This document shows, piece after piece, positions 14,001 through 24,287 of a stretch of DNA of 46,019 nt. The stretch lies in contig KZ538017.1 in NCBI GenBank assembly GCA_000934665.2, positions 124,001 to 170,019 of the forward strand, read 5' to 3'. The first letter of the stretch is position 1. Every line of letters starts with the position of its first letter. Below the pieces are notes generated by a model that did not search any database, was not told the origin of the DNA, and worked only from the letters and a program-made list of their open reading frames with translations. Source of the DNA: Catajapyx aquilonaris. Its lineage: Eukaryota. The position numbers and the translations under genes were made by a program.

Positions 14001-14329
14001 AATCCTGTTCAGGGTGCAATGTATGCTTTCCCAAGCCTTGAGCTTCCAGCGAAGGCGATCAAAGAGGCCGAGTCCAAGAACATGGCTCCAGATGCATTCT
14101 ACGCATTCCAGCTCCTGGAGAACACCGGAATCTGCATCGTCCCTGGATCCGGATTCGGACAGAAGCCAGGAACATACCACTTCAGGTGCGCCCCTCACTA
14201 ACGAGTTAATTAAGCAAACTAATGACCTCCCTTTGCAGAACAACGATTTTGCCGCAGCCCGAGAAGCTGAAGGTGATGCTGGCCCGAATGAAGGAATTTC
14301 ACGAGAAGTTTGTCAAGCAGTACCAGTGA
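11032..14329 (+). CDS. GPT2: Alanine aminotransferase (ALT/GPT family, PLP-dependent class I/II)
   Basis: Exons 11032 (or 11260)-11421, 12835-12924, 12981-13223, 13284-14185 and 14239-14329. Motifs: [67 protein letters not shown] (PLP lysine), [27 protein letters not shown] at ~14985. Confidence 0.95.
11460..12180. repeat. Degenerate ~38-40 bp tandem repeat array in ALT intron 1
   Basis: Repeated units such as GGTCTGGAACCAGTTTGGGTCTGTTCACATGGGGAACTGGACTG and GGTCTGGAACCGGTCCACTTTCTGTTCACA. Same family as 21515-21935. Confidence 0.9.
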
Positions 14330-15262
14330 ACAGCCATGAAAGTGAGACGCGTATCTTCCAACCCAACAATAACCAGTAGACGTAGCGTGTACGACAATAA
14401 TTGGGTGGCGGGGCATTGTTCCGACCAGTACACCGTACCTGTCATGTGTCCAAATTTCGTGCAATTTTAGCGCTTCTCAATTGCGGCTACGTACCGGTCA
14501 TGTACTGCAGATGCAATATTTTTATGGACGAATTTTTATGGTGCTTTTGCGTTTCTTGCTTAATGCAACGAGGTTTATGTCACTTCCGTTGCAGCCATAT
14601 TTTGCGTGCCAATTTAGTCTCTTACCGTTACTTAACTCAATGGCTCTGGGTGCCAAACTGTTGCGAATAATGTCACTTGAGGCCTAGTACCTGTCATGCT
14701 GTCATATCATTGTACATAGATGGGTGTGGTACACAAGTTTAACTATTCGCGAAAATGTTTAGCAGCGGAATTAACCTGTCGCAAATTAATATTTTGTGAA
14801 TTGAACTCAGCTATTGAAGCTGCCGGACTGTAGTTTGAGACTGTAATGAATGTACTTTTTTCGTGGGAAATGGTGCATGCCTCTTGGGAGGACAGTTGTA
14901 ATGGTGTACATTCCTGAATATTAATAATGATTGCGTATGTGGGGAAAGGAGGCCCACCTGGTGTGTACTTCCAAGTCGTTATACAAATAAAATAAAACGA
15001 GGTTATTATTTTACATTATTGTTGTTTGTCCGCATTGTTGAAGTGTCGTCCGTCTTTGGTTGGATTTTATTTTTATTAGATCAAAAACTTTCCCTTCAGT
15101 AAAAAAAAAGAGAAGTAAGACCTCCGCGGCGGAATGAAAGTACTGAAACAAGGCAGCAGACGCACGTAAGACCTTCACCAATTGATTTAAGCTGTACCAT
15201 AGGTCTTACTCAAGCAATTTCCAATTTACTACTCATGAAATCTCCTTTCTGAAAACAAATTT

Positions 15263-15392
15263 GTGGAATTTCTGTCGTGCTACTAGCTACTTCTAACTTA
15301 GCAGTACCAGTGTAGTGCAATGGTATACTGCTAAGTTAGCAGTAACTACAGACCTATAGTTAATAGTAATAGTAGTACGACGAAAATTCCAC
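15263..15392. mobile_element. Short palindromic MITE-like element
   Basis: The left end GTGGAATTTCTGTCGTGCTACTA is the imperfect reverse complement of the right end TAGTAGTACGACGAAAATTCCAC. Internal inverted motif CTAACTTAGCAGTA / TACTGCTAAGTTAG. Related to 33285-33672. Confidence 0.55.
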
Positions 15393-15619
15393 CCATTAAT
15401 TTTCCATGAGCCACTCCATATTAGTGTTTTATGAAATTAGGAACTTCAATATTAAGCACATTGAATTTCTTTGCGATTAGTGAGAATTATTGCCATGAAA
15501 CATTCATGCAGAATCGTCACCTCTTTTAGATGATGATTTTAACTAAATATGTGGAGATAGGCCAAGAGATGCATGCGAAATGGCCCAGGAGGTGCTTTTT
15601 GCATCCGGTAACCCTGGTT

Positions 15620-16041
15620 TTCATGACCTTTGTTGAGCATGGGTAGCATGGGATTGCGTTGTTTCAAAGTTCAGGTCGAGGAAAGGAAGTGTGGTAACAG
15701 CAAGGGCACACAGCAAGAAGAAGAAGAAGAAGAAGAAGAAGAAGAAGCAGGCAGGGTACAAGAAAAGGGAAGGCGTATCAAGGTTATGATTGACATATTC
15801 CATTGCATGTCTTCATGCGTGTGATTTATTCACAGGTTGATGTCTTCAGTCGGCGGTGCTTTCCTGCAATATGGAGGCCCCTGAACTGGAGTAGCCACAG
15901 CCTGAAGCTCAGCCAACGGATCCTGAGCCCAGCACATCACACATGGAAACGGAGGACAGTGCGTCTTCCAGCGACTCCAAACCACCCACTGAGATGAAGG
16001 CCCGCCATTGTTCCAGAGATAAGCCGGATGATGCCCGGGAC
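15620..16041 (+). pseudogene. TGS1 pseudogene fragment (leader, poly-Lys exon end, intron, start of last exon; no catalytic domain)
   Basis: Aligns by eye with 19782-20208 and 23070-23360: a (GAA)n run, CACAG|GTTGATGTCTTCAGTCGGCGG, and [25 protein letters not shown]. It has frame disruption and a TAG, and stops abruptly at ...GGGACG. Confidence 0.85.
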
Positions 16042-16635
16042 GTGTGTCTGTCTCTTCTTCTTCTTCTTCTTCTCGTTTGTTTTCGGGGTTCCTCGTGCGG
16101 AGACAGGAGCTGCAGGCCGAAGACGGGGATGCTGCGGGAGGAGGTGGACGGGAAGGAAAAGGTTTGGCCCACACCTCTCATCATGATGCTTGTAAGAATA
16201 GGCTTCAATGACTTTGTTCCATGTTCCAGGCCAATGGTATCTTCCCCGACGAGATTCTCCTCAAGATCTTCTCTCAACTTGCCCAAACATGACCTGCTGA
16301 GGAGGGCCGCCCTGGTGTGCAAGGACTGGGCCAGGGTGGCCACGGACCCTACGCTGTGGAAGGAGGTGGAGCTGCGCGGGTCAAGCTTGACCATGGGAGA
16401 GGGCCAAGGAACTCATCCGGCACATGACGTGGTTGAGAAAGGTGCAGCTGGTTGGTTGGTGGGGTCCAGGTCCTGCCCAGTATGCGGATGAACTGCTGGT
16501 CGCCATTGCAGAATCACATCCAGGCTTGGAAGTGCTGGAACTTTATGGTTACTACAATATTATCTCCATGGATTGTCGGGAGCAGGTGGCCTCCAGGTGT
16601 GTAGGAACACAGCAGTTATTGTACCAACTGCAATC
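16042..16635 (+). pseudogene. F-box gene pseudogene fragment (exon 1, exon 2, start of intron 2), fused to the TGS1 fragment
   Basis: Near copy of 17615-18218 (MLREEVDGKEK|intron|ANG.FPDEILLKIF...ALVCKDWARVATDPTLWKEVELRGS). Frameshifts give TGA at ~16290 and a further shift near 16395. The LRR exon is missing. Confidence 0.85.
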
Positions 16636-16752
16636 ATGGGGGAGGTGTGGTGGCCGAGATGGTAATGTCACGGCTTGCTGAGTGAAAGGCCCCAGGTGTT
16701 CGATCCCTGCCTGGGGAATAACTTTCCTTTCACCATATGTATACAGTACATG

Positions 16753-17313
16753 TTCAATTGTGTAAGCACGGCTCAAGGTTGGGGACATGACTGTAACATA
16801 GGAAGACAAAAAGTAATTATTGTCGGTGAACCTTCAGGACTTGCGTCTGTTTGAATGTAATTTTCTTGATTATTAATTGACATTCAGCTGCCTTTCACCT
16901 GATTAGGTTACCTAATATTGGATGGAAAAACATGTTCCGTCCGCTCCCTTTGATCTAGCTGGCCTTGAACGTCTAACAGGTCAATACCAGGATATTTCTA
17001 GCATGTTCTGCCTACATATGTCATACTTATTGTTATCAGCGTGAATGCAATGCCACGTGTGCATTGTGATTCCGCTTGAAAATATTCCTGTTGACTTATC
17101 ATTGTCCATAGATGGGTTTGGTACAAATTAAACAATTCGCAAAAATCTTTAGCAGGGAAATTAACCTGTCTCAAATTAATATTTTGTGAATAATTGTACG
17201 CATCGATTTGAAGTTGCAGGATTGTAGTTTGAAACTGTAATGAAGGTACCTTTTGTGTGGGAAATGTTGCATGCCCCTTAGTAGGACCGTTGTGATGGTG
17301 TACATTCCCGAAT
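16753..17313. repeat. Duplicated non-coding ALT segments (intron 1 joined to 3' UTR)
   Basis: 16753-17082 matches 12309-12651 (long near-identical run, e.g. GACATTCAGCTGCCTTTCACCTGATT...GATTCCGCTTGAAAAT). 17097-17313 matches 14705-14917. Confidence 0.9.
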
Positions 17314-17354
17314 TAATCACCTGTACGTAGTAATTACGCTTGTGGTGTATGTTC

Positions 17355-17608
17355 CTGACCTGAAATCAAATCGGGCGCCAAGTATGACGTCTCAATGGAG
17401 CGTTCCTAGTCACGCTCACATGGCTACTAATTACCGCACATTTAATACTTCTAAAAATACAACCAGACATTTGGCGGTAGTAAAATATTTGCACGTGACA
17501 TATTGCGAATATTGTTCGATTCGGAAAAATATTCCGAACTGATTGGATGAGCGTGAGTGCGAATGCGCCCGATTCAAGATGGCGTTGTCTGCACGCCGCC
17601 GTTTTCAT
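17355..17608 (+). promoter_or_regulatory. Promoter cassette copy 1 (upstream of the F-box/LRR gene)
   Basis: GAAATCAAATC-GGCGCCAA-TGACGT...GATTGGATGAGCGTGAGTGCGAATGCGCCCGATTCAAGATGGCG. Contains E2F-like, CRE-like, CCAAT and YY1 motifs. Homologous to 19531-19787 and 22066-22347. Confidence 0.7.
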
Positions 17609-17680
17609 AATCGCATGTGTCTGTCTCTTCTTCTGCTGGGCTTATCCTTTGCCTGCGGTGCTCCTGGTTGAGGAGGAGAG

Positions 17681-19085
17681 ATGGGAGGAGAGATGAGCTG
17701 CAGGCCCAAGAGGGGGAGGGGGATGCTGCGGGAGGAGGTGGACGGGAAGGAAAAGGTTTGATCCACCACACTCATCATCATGATGGTGCTTCGAATGGGC
17801 TTCATTGACTTCGTTCCATATGTTCCAGGCCAATGGTCGCTTGCCAGACGAGATTCTCCTCAGGATCTTATCCCACCTGGGCCAACGAGACCTTCTGCTG
17901 GGGGCCGCCCTGGTGTGCAAGGACTGGGCCAGGGTGGCCACGGACCCTACGCTGTGGAAGGAGGTGGAGCTGCGCGGGTCAAAGTTGACCCTGGAGAGGG
18001 CCAAGGGACTCATCCGGCACATGACACGACTCAGGAAGGTGCAGCTGGTCGGTTGGAGGGATTGCAACGAGAGTGTGGATGAACTGCTGCTCCTCATTGC
18101 AGAACGGCATCCCAAGTTGGAAGTGATGGAATTCCATCGTTGCGAGTTTCTCTCCTTGGATTGTCTGGAGCAGGTGGCCTCCAGGTGAGCAGGATCACAG
18201 TTGTTCCAACTGCAATCAAACGTGGTCAGAAACAACATCAACGCATGTTAATGAGCTTAATTCTTTTCCCACATTTTGAACAGCTGCACAGATATTAAGG
18301 AGCTGGCGGTGAAGGGGGGCAGTGTATCCATACCGCATTCCAGTCACATAATTGACTTGTTTGGGAGCAGTTCAAAACTGGAGAAGATCACTCTGGACAG
18401 AAACAGATTCAAAGATTGTTGTCCGGACGGATCAGTGGAAAGGGATTGGCCTCAACTGAGGGAAGTCCACCTGTTTGTGTTCCACTATGTTGACGAATTG
18501 CTGGAGGAGGTGTGCAGGAGTGCTGCGGGATCTCTTCGGAAGCTTTGGATTCATTCCGCTGTTGGATCTGGGGCTCTTCTGCATCTGAACCGGTGCACTC
18601 TACTGGAAGACTTGAGCCTGTATGTAAAGAATATAAGTGATCTGAAAGAGGGCGTCAGAAGCCTGAGGAACCTCCGCCAGCTTGATCTGGATGTGTGGCT
18701 AAATAGTGATGGCACAGACTGGGACTCATTCTTCTCCATGCAGGAAGTGGTGCAGAAACTAGAGAGGATTGACTTGAGCAGACCTCGATATGTAAGTGAT
18801 CGCTGCCTCTCTTCGATTGCCACAAACTGCCCTGAACTGACCAGCATTCTCTTGGACAATCACATGATAACCAAGGATGGGCTGGAAGATCTTCTCAACC
18901 GATCTGACAAACTCCAGTCTCTGGATGTCTATTTTAAATGGGATGCAAGACTTGACCCCCGAGATTTAAAAGAATTGCGCACCCGTTTCCCAGACGTAGA
19001 TGTCGTAGAATTGCAGTGGAATGGAGGCTGTCCGTATAGTGTGGACCCGGATTTGCCTGACATTTTTAGGTTGGATATTTTTTGA
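17681..19085 (+). CDS. F-box/leucine-rich-repeat (FBXL-like) protein, ~410 aa
   Basis: Exons 17681-17755, 17829-18184 and 18284-19085 join in phase. F-box LPDEILLRILSHLGQRDLLLGAALVCKDWARVATDPTLWKEV is followed by LxxLxL repeats (LRKLWI, LEDLSL, LRQLDL, VSDRCLSSIATNCPELTSILL). AATAAA at ~19235 and ~19251. Confidence 0.88.
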
Positions 19086-19530
19086 ACTCTTTCTGTGAGC
19101 TGGTGTTTGGCATGCCACTGCCATTTCCACCAGTAATTTTGCTCTTTTCGCAGGTTTTTGCACTCCTTTTGTACACGGATAACTGGTAATTTTGTACTGT
19201 TCTCAGGATTCTTGTACGCCTTTTGTATACGGATAATAAATTACCTACTAAATAAACCGAAGTTGTTTGGCATGGGATGAGGAACGTTGCTTGCAGAATG
19301 TGGAGAGGTCAAGAGATGCATGTGTTACATTCATGCATTGCTGAGTCCATATATGGCTCCCCGTCTATTTGATAATGTGTCTGGTCGTCAGCTATGAGTT
19401 TTATTAGTTCATATGTTGGGTTAGCTTGCGTCTCATCGCTGACTACCCCCCATAGGGAAATGTCGTGTTGTTGTTGTTGTAACTAACGAACAAACGAACA
19501 AACTTTGCCTGTTTTATGAATAGAAGGTCC

Positions 19531-19787
19531 TTGACCTGAAATCAAATCAAGCGCCAAATGTGACGTCACGTATGAGCGTTCCTACTCACGCCTGTATGAA
19601 CGTAATTGCTAATTAACGCACATGTTATAGGGATAAAAAAATCAGCATGCAATGTTGCGAATTTATCTGTGCGGAAGATTGCAAATATTTTAATATTCGA
19701 ACAGACATTGCGAACAGATTGGAGTTGGCGTGAGTATGAATGCGCCCGATTCAAGATGGCGTCGTCTGCACCAAGAAGTCTTCATGA
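19531..19787 (+). promoter_or_regulatory. Promoter cassette copy 2 (upstream of truncated TGS1)
   Basis: TGACCTGAAATCAAATCAAGCGCCAAATGTGACGTCA...GATTGG...GAATGCGCCCGATTCAAGATGGCGTCGTCTGCAC. Confidence 0.7.
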
Positions 19788-20009
19788 CCTTCGTTGAACA
19801 ACAGCGTCGGCCTGTCGAATCTGGGCGGATTGCGTCGGGTTGGGAGCGTCGGATCAGGTCCAGAGGATTCAAGGAAGGTGGTGTGGTGACAACAACAACA
19901 GCAGCAGAGGAAGGAGAGGCACAAGAAAAGGGGAGGCGTGCCAAGGTCGGTTGTGGTCGGTACACGCATTCCATTGCAGATCTTCATGCGTTCCATTTCC
20001 CACAGGTTA

Positions 20010-21023
20010 ATGTCTTCAGTCGGCGGCGATTGCCTGGAGCGACTCCAGGAGCTGCACCTGGAGTCGCCGACGCAGCCTGAACCGGATCCCTCAACAGCTC
20101 CTGAACCCGGCACGTCAGACGTGGACAGCGCCTCTTCCATCGACTTCCAACCGCTACCGGAGAGGAAGGCCCATTGCCCCAGAAACAAGCCGGACGATGC
20201 CTGGGACGAAGTGGAGGGGCTCTTCGCCCACGTTGGGTACGAGTATGGGAACGGGAGCGGCGCAAAGTGGACCCCCAAAACCGCTTGGGTCACACACGAG
20301 CCACGGAAGCGGAAGGGGCATCCCCACCCCGAGATGCAAAGCAAGGGGAAGGTGGCGGATGAGCCGCCGGACGACCTGAAGCATCCGGAGCTGGCCAAGT
20401 ACTGGGCGCAACGGTACCGCCTGTTCTCCCGGTTTGATCACGGCGTCCGGATGGACCGCGAGTCATGGTTTTCCGTGACGCCGGAGAAGATAGCGGCGCA
20501 CATTGCGGCGCGGTTTAAAGGCGACCTGGTCCTGGACGCTTTCTGTGGTGTCGGCGGTAATGCCATCCAGTTTGCGATGCTCCAGAAGCGTGTCATCTCC
20601 ATTGACATTGACCCCAAGAAGGTCGAGATGGCCAGGCACAACGCAGGCGTGTACGGAGTCGCAAATAGGATCGACTTCATTGTTGGGGACTTCGTGCAGC
20701 TGGCTGCGGGTCTGAAGGCGGACGGGGTGTTCCTGAGTCCGCCCTGGGGTGGCCCCATGTACTTGAACCGGTTGGTGTATGACCTCAGCGCGATCAAGCC
20801 GGAGGTAAGTAGCGTAATGCGTGCGGCTTGCAAAGTGTCGGCGAACATCGCGCTGCACGTTCCGCGCAACGCGGACGCATCGCAGTTGGTGTCACTTGCG
20901 GCTGTTGGCAGAGTCGAAGTCGAGCAGTACATGTTCAAAGATAAGTGCCAAGCCATAACCGCATACTACGGTAAACTTGTGCAGCGGAAGTTGAAGGCGA
21001 GCAGCTCTGATGCTCAACAATAA
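20010..21023 (+). CDS. TGS1: Trimethylguanosine synthase paralogue B, N-terminally truncated (~337 aa, essentially catalytic domain plus linker)
   Basis: Open frame with [55 protein letters not shown] and ITAYYG. The first in-frame ATG after the splice acceptor at 20005 is at 20010 (TTG in paralogue A). The upstream N-terminal coding sequence is absent. Confidence 0.8.
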   Translation: MSSVGGDCLERLQELHLESPTQPEPDPSTAPEPGTSDVDSASSIDFQPLPERKAHCPRNKPDDAWDEVEGLFAHVGYEYGNGSGAKWTPKTAWVTHEPRKRKGHPHPEMQSKGKVADEPPDDLKHPELAKYWAQRYRLFSRFDHGVRMDRESWFSVTPEKIAAHIAARFKGDLVLDAFCGVGGNAIQFAMLQKRVISIDIDPKKVEMARHNAGVYGVANRIDFIVGDFVQLAAGLKADGVFLSPPWGGPMYLNRLVYDLSAIKPEVSSVMRAACKVSANIALHVPRNADASQLVSLAAVGRVEVEQYMFKDKCQAITAYYGKLVQRKLKASSSDAQQ

Positions 21024-21514
21024 GTGTACAGCCAGAAGGGGTCGTGCAAACACCATTTTTGGGTGGGGAAAGGGGTTGCACTATGTAACACTATGGCTGT
21101 ACAGGGGGATCTAAAATACTTCTCCGATTGCTGTCGGCACTAATGTACATAATATTTAAGCAGATTTACTTTAATGGCTATCAAAAGTATTAGTGGATTG
21201 CGGGACACCATTGTTACCCTTGCTGCCATTCGCCACTCATAAGGGCCAACAATGTAAATGAAAATTGTGTAGTGGCCATTCCCAACCGTTCTTGCAACAG
21301 TCATACACTATTTATTTTTCGAAGCTATAGGAAGAATTTGTAATTCAAGGAAATAGTTACTCAATCGCGCCACCTTGTCACCTAGCTGCATACTATGGCG
21401 GTACTTGTGCAGCACATTTTAAGGATGATTAAAAGAGCCGCTTGATTGCATTGTTGCGTTTTTATTCTACCTTCGCATGTTTTGGTACATGAATATCCGC
21501 AACAATAAGGAATG

Positions 21515-21935
21515 TCTCACCTGGCGCTGAGTTTGGGTCTGCTCACATGGGAACCGGGCCAGGTCCAGAACAGATCCACTTTCTGTTCAGATGGAACCAC
21601 ACCTGGTCTGCAACCGGTCCACCTTCTGTTCACATGGGGACCAGATGGAACCAGACCTGGTCTGGAACCGTTCCACCTTCTGTTCACATGGGGACCAGAT
21701 GGAACCAGACCTGGTCTGGAACCGTTCCACCTTCTGTTCACATGGGGACCAGATGGAACCAGACCTGGTCTGGAACCGGTCCACTTTCTGTTCACATGGG
21801 ACCAGATGGAAGCAGACCTGGTCTGCAACCGGTCCACTTTCTGTTCACATGGGACCAGATGGAAGCAGACCTGGTCTGGAACCGGTCCACCTTCTGTTCA
21901 CATGGGGACCAGATGGAACCGGTATGGTTCTGTTC
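21515..21935. repeat. ~55-56 bp tandem repeat array
   Basis: Unit CCAGACCTGGTCTGGAACCG(G/T)TCCAC(C/T)TTCTGTTCACATGGGGACCAGATGGAA, repeated ~6-7 times. Related to the ALT intron 1 array. Confidence 0.9.
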
Positions 21936-22065
21936 AACGAGGTTGTAATTCAACAATAATGATGTTTGTCCGCACTGTTCGCATTTGTGTCTGGAATTTA
22001 AACATTGACCGGCATGTACTTGTAATTACTGCAGCGTTTAAAAAATAAATTATTGTGTGTTCCAG

Positions 22066-22347
22066 CCCGGAAATCAAATCGCGCGCCAAATGTGACGTCA
22101 CAATGGAGCGTTCCTACTCCTGCTAATCTGATCGTGACTAGTAATTTCCGCAGATTTTTATGCATTTAAAAATAAATCTGCACGGATGGCGGTGGTGAAA
22201 TATTTGCACGGTTTTGCACTTGGCCAAATACTTGGCAGATTGCGAATATTGTGGGATTCGGCGAACTGATAGGATGAGCGCGGATGAGCGGGAGTCGGAA
22301 TGCGCCCGATCCAAGATGGCGTCGTCTGCACGCCGTCGCTTTTTGTG
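22066..22347 (+). promoter_or_regulatory. Promoter cassette copy 3 (upstream of full-length TGS1)
   Basis: GAAATCAAATCGCGCGCCAAA (reverse complement TTTGGCGCGC, an E2F-type site), TGACGTCA, and CAAGATGGCG (YY1 type) at 22312-22321. Confidence 0.7.
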
Positions 22348-22492
22348 ACGTTTGCTGAGCGTCGGTGGCGTCGTTTTGAAGCGTCGGGTCAGGTCGAGGG
22401 AAGGTCAGGCTGACTGCCCCCCCGACAGGTCAGCACCTTGAGCCAGGAAAGGAAGGGAGGGAGGGTGTGCCTTCTAGGTAGGCCTCGGGGTG

Positions 22493-24144
<1,652 letters not shown>

Positions 24145-24287
24145 CAACGGACACATTTTTTAGAAAAAATTAAAGAGCTGCTTGATCGCATTGTTGCATT
24201 TTATTCTACCTTCGGTATACTTTAAGAAGAGAACGGTACATGAATATTCACAGGAATGTCCCACCACTTGAGTATTGTTGCCAGGGT

